Shown in pieces: positions 23,553-33,362 of a stretch of 64,000 nucleotides of DNA. The DNA is from Alkalispirochaeta sp. (GTDB lineage: Bacteria > Spirochaetota > Spirochaetia > DSM-27196 > Alkalispirochaetaceae), in contig CBDESZ010000016.1 in NCBI GenBank assembly GCA_965242725.1, forward strand, positions 1 through 64,000, read 5' to 3'. Position numbers and translations under genes: made by a program. The number at the start of each line of letters is the position of its first letter. The stretch's first letter is position 1. The notes below the pieces were generated by a model. It was not told where the DNA came from, made no database searches, and saw only the letters and a program-made list of their open reading frames with translations.

Positions 23553-25730
23553 CTATCGCGCGGTGGCGATCGTATCGGTTACAAACGACCGCAGCGATTC
23601 AAGTAACCGGCGATACTCGGGCGAGTTTTCCTCGTCGGCGAGTCCCCGCTGGAGATACGCATTCCGCTCTCGCGGATCGGGAAAGAACGCAACCTCTTCC
23701 ATGAGATCGTTGATATCGAGGAGGGCGTGCTGATATCCCGCCTCCTCAAACGCACGATCATAGGTATGTACGCGATCGAGGATGTCCGGGAAAAAGCGCT
23801 GCATCTCCGGAGAACCGAGGAACGTATCCAAATGAACCTTGGCTGCAAGGTAATCGGCGCCGCCGGTCTCGCCGCGCGCTAAGGCTCCCCCGCTCTCGCC
23901 GCGCTCCCCGGCCTCCCGGCCCGTCAGAACAGCGGCCTCCTGCATCAGGAAATTGCGGTAGCCCTCCTGTAACGCCTCCAGAAACACCACGTCATCGCGG
24001 AGGCTGCGATTTTCCGTCCTGGCAACCTCAATGGCGGCGACAATCTCGGCCCGCTCGTTCCGTAACGTATGGGCCTCTCTCCGAAGTACTTCAGCTTCAC
24101 TTTGGAGCGTCGCCGCTTCCCTGCTGAGTTGATCAACCTCATCATTGAGAGCCTCCGCATCGTCCCGCGACGTCGCGAGCCGGCGTTCAATTGTGTCGAT
24201 GTGTGTCCGGAGATCGGCGATCTCGCCCCGGGTCGATTCCAGCGCGCCGTCAAGACGGTCTCTCTCCCCCGTAATCGCGGCAATACGCTCCGTAGCCGCA
24301 GCGAGCTGGAGCGTGTATTCATCTATACGGCGGTTATTTTCGGAGACGGCGGCGTTGCGTGCCGCCAGCTCGGCTTGGACCGCCAACTCGCGGGCCTGCA
24401 GTTCCAGGATCGTCTGCTCATACTCAACGATCCGGTTGCGCAGCGGAAGGATGACGTCTTGTGCCTCGCCTTCCAGAGTTCCCCGCAGGCGACTCGTCGA
24501 TTGATCGACCAAAAAGACGTGGGCGTCGATAAGACCGTCAATCGCGGAAAAGGCGTCCCGATAGGTACGTTCGGCTGCGGCCGCGTCCCCGTCGTTTAAC
24601 AGACGATCGCCGGCGTCGAGGGTGGATCTGATCGTCCGTAACTGAGTGAGCCCCGCGGTCAACGATTCGGTCTGGGCGGCTTGATCGAGCGTCTCACCGA
24701 CAAGGCGTTCAAGGGTGTCAATGAAGAACAGATCCATATCCCGCCGGGAGTAGAGTACGGGCGTGCCGGTGGATGGGTTGAGAAATGATCGAAACGACGC
24801 GATCGTCTCGCCCACTTCAGCATAGGCGTTCCGGGCAATCGCATCACGTATTCGATTTAAATACCCCGACACCTGCGTCTGCAACGCCAACTCCGCCTCC
24901 CGGTTTTGCGTCAGGAGACTCAGACGCGCCTGCGCCGCGGCAAGATCGGATTGCGCCGTCGCCCGGTCCGATTCCAACGCTCTCGTCCGGGACTCAAGTT
25001 GTCGTCGCAGGTCTTCTTCCCGGGCGCGGAATCCCGCCACCAGCTGATCCCGCTCTGATGATAATTCCGCCAACTGACGATCGTACTCGCCCTGTACCCG
25101 GAGGAGATCCTCTTCCAGGAGCCGACGCTCCTGGTCAATTTCGGCACGGAACGCGGCAAGTTCCTCGTCAACCGTCGCCGCGCGATCCCGCTGAAAGTCA
25201 TTGAGGCGGTCTTCAAGCTGTGAACCCTCCACCCCCTGGTCATTCAGACGCGCCCGCTCGGCGGCCAGTTCTCCTTCCAACTGCTCCCGCAACGCCGCCT
25301 CCCGCTCCCGTACCCGTTCGTCAATCGATGCGAGAATACGGTTGCGTTCGTCCGCAATGGACCGCAATCGGTTTTCGATATCCGAAATCTCCGCCTCCTT
25401 GCGCTGCAATTGGTCCCGCGATTCCTCCCGCAACCGTCTGATCAGTTGATTCTCGACGGACGTAAAGATTTGCCGGTTCTGCTGAAACACCTCGGCATCC
25501 CGGTCAAAAACGCGCCACAGCCCAAATACGGAAACGGCAATCAACACAAGCGCGCCGACATTCACGAGCAACGGAAACAGCGCGCCATTCCGCGTCGCAT
25601 GAACGACAAACAGCTCATCGGTAACCGCGAGCTTGTGGGACGCAGTCTTGCTGTCGATTTGCTCGAGAATCTCAGATTGTTCTTCCGCGCGGATCGCCGA
25701 AACTTCGTTGACCGCCGCGCCACCTGCCAT
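23553..25730 (-). CDS. Single-TM long coiled-coil protein
   Basis: One N-terminal TM helix (LFPLLVNVGALVLIAVSVFGLW) followed by E/R/L-rich heptads. Confidence 0.75.
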   Translation of the reverse strand: MAGGAAVNEVSAIRAEEQSEILEQIDSKTASHKLAVTDELFVVHATRNGALFPLLVNVGALVLIAVSVFGLWRVFDRDAEVFQQNRQIFTSVENQLIRRLREESRDQLQRKEAEISDIENRLRSIADERNRILASIDERVREREAALREQLEGELAAERARLNDQGVEGSQLEDRLNDFQRDRAATVDEELAAFRAEIDQERRLLEEDLLRVQGEYDRQLAELSSERDQLVAGFRAREEDLRRQLESRTRALESDRATAQSDLAAAQARLSLLTQNREAELALQTQVSGYLNRIRDAIARNAYAEVGETIASFRSFLNPSTGTPVLYSRRDMDLFFIDTLERLVGETLDQAAQTESLTAGLTQLRTIRSTLDAGDRLLNDGDAAAAERTYRDAFSAIDGLIDAHVFLVDQSTSRLRGTLEGEAQDVILPLRNRIVEYEQTILELQARELAVQAELAARNAAVSENNRRIDEYTLQLAAATERIAAITGERDRLDGALESTRGEIADLRTHIDTIERRLATSRDDAEALNDEVDQLSREAATLQSEAEVLRREAHTLRNERAEIVAAIEVARTENRSLRDDVVFLEALQEGYRNFLMQEAAVLTGREAGERGESGGALARGETGGADYLAAKVHLDTFLGSPEMQRFFPDILDRVHTYDRAFEEAGYQHALLDINDLMEEVAFFPDPRERNAYLQRGLADEENSPEYRRLLESLRSFVTDTIATAR

Positions 25731-25761
25731 AACGGTTAATATATCATAAAAAAAGTCATAA

Positions 25762-25941
25762 AAGATTGCGGCAACGGGAAAAAAGCAATCCGAATTGATT
25801 CGGGAAGCGGTGGACAGCTTTCTGGAAAGCGCATCGGAACGTCAACGAGACGCGATGCTGCAGGAGGTCGCAGGCCTGTGGCGGGATCGCGATGACCTTC
25901 CGGATTTCGGTGCCATCAGGCGCTCGTGGGATAGAAGGTGA
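25762..25941 (+). pseudogene. 5'-truncated CopG/RHH-type antitoxin remnant
   Basis: Reads ATGKKQSELIREAVDSFL...AGLWRDRDDLPDFGAIRRSWDRR*. In-frame TAA just upstream, no start codon, no toxin follows. Confidence 0.65.
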
Positions 25942-25967
25942 GGCAGGCGTAAAAATCTGTCCTTAAC

Positions 25968-26000
25968 TTGACAATATGTACGAAATAAGGTGCGTATAAT
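25968..26000 (+). promoter_or_regulatory. Putative sigma70 promoter/operator of the yefM-like gene
   Basis: TTGACA (25968-25973) and TATAAT (25995-26000) with TGTAC between them; the 21-nt spacing is atypical. Confidence 0.4.
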
Positions 26001-26018
26001 GATCGAGGTTTACAAGAA

Positions 26019-26261
26019 ATGACCATTTTGAATGCCAGTGATGCCCGGGCGAATCTGTCTCGATTGATTGATCAAACAAATGAATCCCACGAGCCGATAG
26101 TCATATCGGGCAAAAGAAAAAATTCGGCCCTCCTTTCAGAGGACGACTGGAACTCCATACATGAAACTCTCTATTTGACATCAATACCGGGGATGCGGGA
26201 ATCGATCGTAGAAGGTATGAAATAACCCTTATCAGAAAGCTCTACGGAGCTTGACTGGTAA
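26019..26261 (+). pseudogene. Phd/YefM antitoxin with a premature stop; cognate toxin missing
   Basis: NASDARANLSRLIDQTNESHEPI...SIPGMRESIVEGMK*PLSESSTELDW*. Only a few toxin-like codons (MWQTV) follow. Confidence 0.8.
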
Positions 26262-26330
26262 TGTGGCAGACTGTGGACACACTATGAATGACGATCGAGC
26301 GCACCCCGGAGGGACGCGCTTTCGGCCAAA

Positions 26331-26681
26331 TCACTGCCTCAGAATCTTCTCCATCTTCTTCCCCTTCGCCAGCTCATCAATCAGCTTGTCAAGGTAGCGA
26401 ATCTTCTGCATCAACGGATCTTCAACCTCTTCCACGCGAACACCGCAGACCACGCCCGTAATGAGCGAACAATTCGCGTTCATCGCCGGCGCCTGTGCAA
26501 AGAACGTCTCAAAATCGTTCTGCTCCTCAATCTGCCGACGTAATCCTGACTCGTCATAGCCCGTCAACCAGAAGATAATCTCATCAACCTCTTCCTTCGA
26601 GCGGTTCTTTCGCTCCGCTTTCTGGACGTACATCGGATAGACCTTCGCAAAGGGCATCGTAAAAATATCGTGTTTCGGCAC
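26331..26681 (-). CDS. DUF2200 family protein
   Basis: [47 protein letters not shown]. Confidence 0.9.
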   Translation of the reverse strand: MPKHDIFTMPFAKVYPMYVQKAERKNRSKEEVDEIIFWLTGYDESGLRRQIEEQNDFETFFAQAPAMNANCSLITGVVCGVRVEEVEDPLMQKIRYLDKLIDELAKGKKMEKILRQ

Positions 26682-26714
26682 CGTTCACCTCCAGTCGACT
26701 CGGAAAATATGATC

Positions 26715-26770
26715 GAACCATCCGGTTCCGCTGAGCGGGTATCCCTTTAAGCGGGCAGTCACCCGGATCG
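26715..26770 (+). repeat. Dispersed structured repeat, copy 3 of 4
   Basis: Identical 24-nt core (26715-26738), 21-nt spacer, CACCCGGATCG. Confidence 0.85.
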
Positions 26771-26841
26771 GGAAGATATGCGGCGGGACACCAATGTGCA
26801 ATACCGCGTTCAATCGACTCCCCGTTCGAACTCATCCGTTG

Positions 26842-27069
26842 TTATTTCATTTCTTCGTCACGAATCCTCTGTACCGATTCTTCAATGACCAGGTGGCCGG
26901 TAGGCGGGAGAACCGGCACGCCGTGTTTTTTTGTATAGGCCGCCGGCTGTCCGTAGAATCCGTTGCGCGCCAATTCAGAGATCACTTTCCCTGCGGTCTT
27001 CTTTTCCTTCCGGGCAATTTCCTTTGCCGTCTCCAGGACATCGGGATAAATATCAAGGGTAGTTCTCAT
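26842..27069 (-). CDS. Orphan VapB/CopG-like antitoxin
   Basis: MRTTLDIxxDVLETAKEIARKEKKTAGKVISELAR pattern; no PIN gene downstream. Confidence 0.75.
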   Translation of the reverse strand: MRTTLDIYPDVLETAKEIARKEKKTAGKVISELARNGFYGQPAAYTKKHGVPVLPPTGHLVIEESVQRIRDEEMK

Positions 27070-27159
27070 TCATTTGATGATATCGCATCACAATCTTATT
27101 GGACACGTACTTATTCCGCACGTGCGAACCGAATGTGCAGTACGGGGTTGCGGTATATC

Positions 27160-27253
27160 TATCTTCTCCTTTTCTGTCTTTTCCCGGGATGAGAAATCTA
27201 CAGGCATGGATCCTGGTACGCTGGCAGAAGCACTCAGAAACATATCAACCTAT
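27160..27253 (+). pseudogene. Diverged 5' fragment of arfB with its upstream region
   Basis: MDPGTLAEALRNISTY (ATG 27206) versus MDPDALAQALKNVSTY at 36129; upstream DNA is also similar. Confidence 0.7.
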
Positions 27254-27283
27254 GTTCCTATTCGCTTCCATACGCTCAAACCG

Positions 27284-27526
27284 TCAATCCAGATATGATT
27301 GAGCGGAATCGCGTATCACGTCGTCGAATCGGGCTTTCTCCTCTTCAGACCACGTACCGAATAGATCTGAGAATTCGCGTTCCCGATCAGATTGTGACGG
27401 ATCCGACAACACTCTCTGAAGGAGTGATTTAATCGTTTTATTTCTGCTCAATCCGTGTTCTTTTGATTTCTCGGCGATTTTCTGTGCTAGGTTATCATCG
27501 ACGCCGTGAATAGTGATGGTTTTCAT
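27284..27526 (-). CDS. Orphan RHH-type antitoxin
   Basis: MKTITIHGVDDNL...LSRNKTIKSLL...SDLFGTWSEEE; GGGAGG SD; no toxin downstream. Confidence 0.7.
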   Translation of the reverse strand: MKTITIHGVDDNLAQKIAEKSKEHGLSRNKTIKSLLQRVLSDPSQSDREREFSDLFGTWSEEEKARFDDVIRDSAQSYLD

Positions 27527-27684
27527 ATGCGCCTCCCGAACCGGGATATGGCCTATTATCATTCATAAAAAAACTTGATCCAACTGCAAAACGCCTACGA
27601 CATAAATAGAGGTGATTCCGGCGCAATCCGAAGGCGGAGAATGTGCCTGGTCAGATCTGTCCGCCTCCACTATCATATCAATCC

Positions 27685-29766
27685 ATGGGCAGTCCCTGGT
27701 ATGCCGACACCATTCCTGCGTTTCTTGACGAATCTGCTGACGCCATCATCGGGCAGTTGAGTTCTGCCGGTGAAGGGAGCATTGAAAAGGCGCAAATTGA
27801 AGCGTGGCGGCGCCAGATAGGGATACTCAAGGACACACTGCTCCACATCACTGGTGAAAAACACAGCCTCACAGACGGGACCATTCTGTTTGAGTATCCC
27901 GTACCCCGAATGGGAGGACGGATCGATACGGTCTTTCTTTTCCGCGAAGTAGTGTTCGTATTGGAGTTCAAAGTCGGCGGGACTCACTATACGAGACACG
28001 CCCGGGATCAGGTGTGTGATTACGCATTGGATCTCAAGAACTTCCATGAACCCAGCCACGCTATCCCGATTGTCCCGATCCTTGTCGCTACGGAGGCGCC
28101 ACCGCCTGTGACGATAACCGTCCAGCCGACGACACATAATGATGGATTGTTTGTTCCGCTGGACAGCTCGGCCGCCTCCCTTCCTCGTGTGCTTCTGACG
28201 GCCCTATCATTTCTGCACAAGAGGATGTTCGGGGGATATACCGATCCGGTCGTCGCGGAAACGGCGCCGGTTTCAATCGACCCATTCTCATGGCAGCACG
28301 GTCGATACCTTCCCACGCCGACAATCATTGAGGCGGCCATAGCCCTGTATCACGGACATTCCGTTGCGGAGATATCCCGCAGTGACGCGGGAGCCAAGAA
28401 CCTCCACGAAACCACCGACGCCATTTCACAGATCATCGCTGACGCCCAGAAGAACGGGATAAAGGCGATCTGTATGGTAACCGGCGTCCCCGGCGCCGGA
28501 AAGACGCTGATCGGTCTGAATATCGCAACAAAACATCTCAACGCGGAAAGTGATCTCTTCAGTGTCTTTTTGTCCGGCAACGGCCCACTGGTCAAAATCC
28601 TCCAGGAGGCGCTGGCGCGGGACAGGGTCCGCCGGGCAAAGGAGCGGGGAGAAGTCCTCCGCAAAGGCGTTGCCCGGAGTGAAGTGAAAGCCTTTGTCCA
28701 GAACGTCCACCACTACCGGGATGCATATCTGGATGACGACCGCCCGCCGGCGGACCATGTAGCGCTATTTGATGAGGCTCAACGTGCGTGGAACTTAAAG
28801 CAAACCGCGAGCTTCATGAAACAGAAGAAAAACCGTCCCGACTTTGATATGTCGGAACCTGAGTTTCTCATTTCCTGTATAAATCGACATACTGACTGGG
28901 GCGTCGTCGTCTGTCTTGTCGGGGGCGGACAGGAAATAAACACCGGCGAAGCGGGTATCGGCGAATGGCTCCGGGCCATTGAACGCCGCTTTCCAGACTG
29001 GCACATACACGTCTCGGACCGCCTTACCGAGAGTGAATATAACGCGTCCCGGATTCTTACCCGCCTGGAGAAAACGGGAGCCGTGACGTTCAACAGAAAC
29101 CTCCACCTCGGAGTTTCCATGCGATCCTTTCGGGCGGAACATGTATCCAGGCTGGTGCGGGAAGTACTCGATATGGAACTCGCCGCCGCACAGAAAACTC
29201 TTGAGCAAATATCATCGGACTACCCGATTTTTATAACCCGCAATCTCGATCGCGCGCGAAAATGGCTCCGCATACAGGCTCGTGGAACAGAACGTTACGG
29301 AATCGTCGCCTCGTCTCACGCCGAGCGCCTCAAACCTCATGCAATAGATGTCCGGACTCCCGTTGATCCGGTACACTGGTTTCTCTCCGACAAAGATGAC
29401 GTTCGTTCGTCCTATTATTGTGAAGATGTGGTGACGGAGTTCCAGATACAGGGACTGGAACTGGACTGGGCGTGTGTCACCTGGGACGCCGATTTCATCC
29501 CCGACGGTGACCATTGGATATGTCGGGAGTTCCGTGGTAACCGCTGGATCAACGTCCGCAAGGATGACCGCCAGCGGTATTTAAAGAACGCCTACCGTGT
29601 ATTGCTGACCCGCGCCCGCCAGGGTATGGTTATCTTTATCCCGCCCGGCGAGAAAGACGATCCAACTCGCAACCCCGAGTGGTATAACGCGATCTGGACA
29701 TATCTCAGGACGACGGGTCTTCCGGAACTTCCCATATCTGTTCGAGAGCGAAGGGAATCCAACTGA
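27685..29766 (+). CDS. DUF2075 family nuclease-helicase (Schlafen group 3-like helicase)
   Basis: N-terminal RIDTV...VLEFK PD-(D/E)xK-like motif, Walker A GVPGAGKT, FDEAQR, QGLELDW, YRVLLTRARQG. Confidence 0.88.
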   Translation: MGSPWYADTIPAFLDESADAIIGQLSSAGEGSIEKAQIEAWRRQIGILKDTLLHITGEKHSLTDGTILFEYPVPRMGGRIDTVFLFREVVFVLEFKVGGTHYTRHARDQVCDYALDLKNFHEPSHAIPIVPILVATEAPPPVTITVQPTTHNDGLFVPLDSSAASLPRVLLTALSFLHKRMFGGYTDPVVAETAPVSIDPFSWQHGRYLPTPTIIEAAIALYHGHSVAEISRSDAGAKNLHETTDAISQIIADAQKNGIKAICMVTGVPGAGKTLIGLNIATKHLNAESDLFSVFLSGNGPLVKILQEALARDRVRRAKERGEVLRKGVARSEVKAFVQNVHHYRDAYLDDDRPPADHVALFDEAQRAWNLKQTASFMKQKKNRPDFDMSEPEFLISCINRHTDWGVVVCLVGGGQEINTGEAGIGEWLRAIERRFPDWHIHVSDRLTESEYNASRILTRLEKTGAVTFNRNLHLGVSMRSFRAEHVSRLVREVLDMELAAAQKTLEQISSDYPIFITRNLDRARKWLRIQARGTERYGIVASSHAERLKPHAIDVRTPVDPVHWFLSDKDDVRSSYYCEDVVTEFQIQGLELDWACVTWDADFIPDGDHWICREFRGNRWINVRKDDRQRYLKNAYRVLLTRARQGMVIFIPPGEKDDPTRNPEWYNAIWTYLRTTGLPELPISVRERRESN

Positions 29767-30094
29767 GCGTCCCACCACCCTCAATCTGGTTACGATACGC
29801 TATGCCGGCTTCGTCAAAATGGACGTCCCGCAACATCACCGGGCGTTCGATACGTAAATAGGCGGCAAACAACCAGATATCGTCTGATCCTATTTCCCTA
29901 TGTTCCTGTCGCGTCTGGGCAGTATCAATACTTCCATAGTGAGGTCCCATACCGTGTCGGAGTGTCGGTACATACCATGGATCGTCCGTTCCGTGATAAA
30001 GCAGGAGGGGCACCCCGGCTTCATCCACGACGGAGCTGTCGCGGAACCAGGAGGTAAAGTCCGGATTGCTCTTCGTATCTATCTTTTGGTTCAC
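29705..30094 (-). CDS. Small stand-alone ADP-ribosyltransferase-like domain (ART-PolyVal-like)
   Basis: FTSWFRDSSVVDEAGVPLLLYHGT N-terminal signature and WIPFALEQI C-terminal motif; start uncertain (GTG 30094). Confidence 0.6.
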   Translation of the reverse strand: MNQKIDTKSNPDFTSWFRDSSVVDEAGVPLLLYHGTDDPWYVPTLRHGMGPHYGSIDTAQTRQEHREIGSDDIWLFAAYLRIERPVMLRDVHFDEAGIAYRNQIEGGGTLSWIPFALEQIWEVPEDPSS

Positions 30095-30119
30095 ATCGCG
30101 GCCGCTTATTCGAAACGCC

Positions 30120-30416
30120 TTAGATTCGTTCCTGCCAACTCTTCGGATTCCGTTTGGCATGGAACACGGCGAGAACAACAACACGCTCATCATCCTATAC
30201 AAATATAATTTCGTAGGGGAAACGGCGTGACAGGGCGCGTCGAGCACTTTTGCGTACGCGGGGGTATTGTTGCGGAGTGCGCTGAATGGCATTGAAAACG
30301 GCATCGATGCACAGAAGAAACTCCGAGCCAAGACCCGGAACGCGATCCTCGTACCAATCGAATGCGTCGGTCATCTCCGCTTCAGCTTCCGGGCGGACGA
30401 TAAGCCGACGATTCAT
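30120..30416 (-). pseudogene. RelE/ParE family toxin with an internal nonsense codon
   Basis: ...RRFPYEIIFV*DDERVVVLAVFHAKRNPKSWQERI*: TAG at 30195-30197 interrupts an otherwise complete 98-codon frame. Confidence 0.85.
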
Positions 30417-30634
30417 CGTCTATTCCGGATCCGTTCCCGCACCACCGCCCACGCGTCCCCCTCTTCCGGATTCCGATGATACGCATCCAATCGACGGTCT
30501 ATCTCTGCCTTTTGCTCATCGGTCAGCACGACTTCTTCCGGTACTTCCGCTATCGAATCCCATATATCTTCGACAAGCTGAATACGTTCCGGAACGCTTA
30601 ACCGCAGAACATCTGCTTTTGTAAACGCGCTCAT
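30413..30634 (-). CDS. Addiction-module antitoxin (TIGR02574-like)
   Basis: LSVPERIQLVEDIWDSI...AEIDRRL; ATGA overlap with the toxin gene. Confidence 0.88.
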   Translation of the reverse strand: MSAFTKADVLRLSVPERIQLVEDIWDSIAEVPEEVVLTDEQKAEIDRRLDAYHRNPEEGDAWAVVRERIRNRR

Positions 30635-30744
30635 GAGACATCCATCCTACCGTCGTAGTCGGTTATGTTTCAATCTATTAATTCCCACATGCGCCCGGTA
30701 CGTTCACTCGCGGCACACCGGACCGGCAGTTCCATCGATAGAAC

Positions 30745-30900
30745 GCCGGACGCGTCCTCCGGCCGAAAAGACTACTCAAAGGGGGTAGGTGGATCTGCCG
30801 GATTCCGCGGTAGGCCGGCAAGACGGGCGCGAAAGTCATCCCGCGTCTCAATAATCAGTTGGCGGGTAATCTGAAGTAACGACCACCGATCCTCCGGTGA
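30745..30900 (-). pseudogene. Diverged internal fragment of the DinB-family gene at 35423-36007
   Basis: PEDRWSLLQITRQLIIETRDDFRARLAGLPRNPADPPTPFE*SFRPEDASG versus AEERWSLLQIVRHLVVEECDDFRARLSSVLRNPDDPFPSFEWPFGPEDAPG. Confidence 0.8.
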
Positions 30901-30935
30901 ATCACCGGAAAGACCAGCGCCGAAAGGGTCGCGGC

Positions 30936-33344
30936 TCATCGTCCCGCTACTGTATACCCCATTTGCTCGTAGCTCTTCCTGCGCCGCCTAAAAGAAGCCG
31001 CGAGGACGGGCACCTGCACGTCGGCGTAATCATAGACACGAACCTCGTCTTTGTCGGAATGACGGCGATGCAATCGTCCAACGTATTGTTGTACGATACC
31101 TTTCCAGCTCACGGGAAACGTCAGGAAAAGGGTATCGAGTCTCGGATGATCAAAACCTTCGCCGATGAGTTTACCCGTGGCGAGGAGGACCGAACGGTGC
31201 GATCCTTCAAAGGACTCCAACGCCAGAATCGTGCGCTTCTTCCCCATTCCGCCAACCAAAATCGAACAGTTGTCAACATGCCCTTCCAGCCGATCCTTCA
31301 ATAATTCAAGATGGCGTTTCCGCTCGGAAAGGACCAGCGGTATTCGCCCTTCCTGGACCGCATTCAAGACATCGCGTGCGATAAAGTCGTTCCGCTCGTC
31401 GTCATCTGCCAGTTCGGCGTATATTTCGTGAATCGGCTTGTTTTGAGCGTTTTCGATTACAAGGGATGTTTCGCGGACGATGAGAGTGTGTTCAAATCCG
31501 TGGCGGCGCGACTCCGCCCGTTCGTCCACTTTGTGTCTGATAGGACCACATTGCATATGAATAATTGGATGTCGTCCGTCCTGGCGAATCGGTGTTGCGG
31601 TCAAACCGAGGACATAGGTGGCCCGGACCTGTTTCAGCACTTGTTCAAAACTGAACGCTGAAACGTGATGACATTCGTCGACGATCACCTGTCCATACTC
31701 TGCGACGAGATCATGTACGACGCCATTACGAAAGAGACTTTGAAAGAGAGCGATATCGATAACACCGGATGCTTTCGTCTTGTCTGCTCCGATCACCTTG
31801 ACACTATCATCAGACAAATCAAGGAACTCTCGTAGCCGGTCTCTCCACTGATCCGCAAGCCGGGTACGGTGCACTAGAATCAGGGCATTTCGCTTACGGG
31901 CGGCAATGACGGCCGCGGCGGCAACCGTTTTTCCAAATCCCGTGGGCGCACTTAATACACCACAATCGTATACAAGCAATGAGGCAACGGCTTCGGATTG
32001 GCCCTGCGAGAGTTCACCGATAAACGACGCGGGAATCTCACTTCCCGGATTCCGACGGTCTTCGAGTTCCACATCGGCACCGACATCGCGAAGTAGCTCT
32101 GTTGCGTCTTCTTCGCATCCGCGAGGCAACCCGACATGCTCCGGGAAATCCTCACTACACGAGATTATTCGAGGTATGTTCCAGACGGGTCGCCTCTGTT
32201 TCTGTGCCTTGTAAAACTCGGGGTTACCGAATGCCGCGATCGCGGATAGACGACTCAGCAGCGGAGTCGGCAATCCCTTCTTTTCGATGTAAAAAAGATT
32301 TGCCCGGACCGTCTTCACCGGTTTGTTTCCTGTGAGAGTCGATTCGGCTTCTCCGGCGACACTGCCTGATGGCCTTCGTTCCCACGGAAGGATTTGCGGT
32401 CCGTTGTATTCGGGCAGGCTTGGATTTACATCCGAATAGTGTGGATTTTTTTGTTCATGATCGATAGTGAGAGCCGATGAGACGAGCGCGCGACCGAGTA
32501 GCCGAGGCATATTTGCAAGGGTCTGCGCGAGCATTTGTGGATCGACTTTTCTCAGGGAAGTAATAAGTGCCCATTGATCCGGGTACGGTCGCCCGGAATC
32601 GTCTATGAAAACAGAGTTCCCTTTATCCCGTGCCGTTCGCTGGAGCGGAAGAGCTATCAGATTACCGAAACCGCCCTTGGGAAGGGTGTCCTGGTTTGGA
32701 AAGAAGCGATCAAAGGAATCGAAAGCGATTGGATACTCCTCCATCGCGGAGTGGGACAAAACCAATGTCCCTAGTGCACGCGCGTCCCGGGCAGGGACGG
32801 GTTCAGTGAAAAAGATCCAAACATGAGCACCGTTACCGGAGCGCGAACGCTCGACGTAACACGGGATATTCTCCGCCTCACATCTCGTACGAAAACGGTT
32901 CGCGTCCCGGAACCAGGTCGACTTGTCGAAATCCACCGCAAGAAACCAACACGAGTCGTCCGGTAACAACGGATATATTCCGACCACGATTTGTCCGGTA
33001 AGATGTTGGTAGACGACCTCGGGGTCCAACGGTATAAATTGCTTTTGCCCGAGATCGCGACACACGTTCTTGGGCCGACGGCAGATAGATCGGTCGTCTT
33101 TATGGCAGTGTACCGGGCTGTACCCAGCTTTACCCATACGACTCTCCCACCGAAACGCAAAGACGTCTTGACGTCCACGAAAGACCTTCAAAAAGAGATC
33201 GATTTTCTCAGGGGGAGTTAATGATGTGGTCAACCGATCGGTCTTGGTTTGATCACCCCGAAGAAGGGCATTCTCACGGCGCAGTCTCTCTACTTCCATC
33301 TTGAGGCGATTATTTTCATCTTGAAGTCGCCGAAAATCGGTCAT
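30936..33344 (-). CDS. AEP primase-like domain (TOTE-type) fused to a ResIII/DEAH-box SF2 helicase
   Basis: FLAVDFD, ERSRSGNGAHVWIFF and GNLIALPLQ (primase-like); APTGFGKT, VDECHH, GLTATP, QYVGRLHR (SF2). Confidence 0.85.
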   Translation of the reverse strand: MTDFRRLQDENNRLKMEVERLRRENALLRGDQTKTDRLTTSLTPPEKIDLFLKVFRGRQDVFAFRWESRMGKAGYSPVHCHKDDRSICRRPKNVCRDLGQKQFIPLDPEVVYQHLTGQIVVGIYPLLPDDSCWFLAVDFDKSTWFRDANRFRTRCEAENIPCYVERSRSGNGAHVWIFFTEPVPARDARALGTLVLSHSAMEEYPIAFDSFDRFFPNQDTLPKGGFGNLIALPLQRTARDKGNSVFIDDSGRPYPDQWALITSLRKVDPQMLAQTLANMPRLLGRALVSSALTIDHEQKNPHYSDVNPSLPEYNGPQILPWERRPSGSVAGEAESTLTGNKPVKTVRANLFYIEKKGLPTPLLSRLSAIAAFGNPEFYKAQKQRRPVWNIPRIISCSEDFPEHVGLPRGCEEDATELLRDVGADVELEDRRNPGSEIPASFIGELSQGQSEAVASLLVYDCGVLSAPTGFGKTVAAAAVIAARKRNALILVHRTRLADQWRDRLREFLDLSDDSVKVIGADKTKASGVIDIALFQSLFRNGVVHDLVAEYGQVIVDECHHVSAFSFEQVLKQVRATYVLGLTATPIRQDGRHPIIHMQCGPIRHKVDERAESRRHGFEHTLIVRETSLVIENAQNKPIHEIYAELADDDERNDFIARDVLNAVQEGRIPLVLSERKRHLELLKDRLEGHVDNCSILVGGMGKKRTILALESFEGSHRSVLLATGKLIGEGFDHPRLDTLFLTFPVSWKGIVQQYVGRLHRRHSDKDEVRVYDYADVQVPVLAASFRRRRKSYEQMGYTVAGR

Positions 33345-33362
33345 AGTGAAAATCGATTAAGG

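Noticed and set aside
30095..30331. N-terminal 79 codons of ORF 29705-30331
   Set aside because: They overlap the RelE/ParE pseudogene in another frame; only the downstream ART-like part has recognisable motifs.
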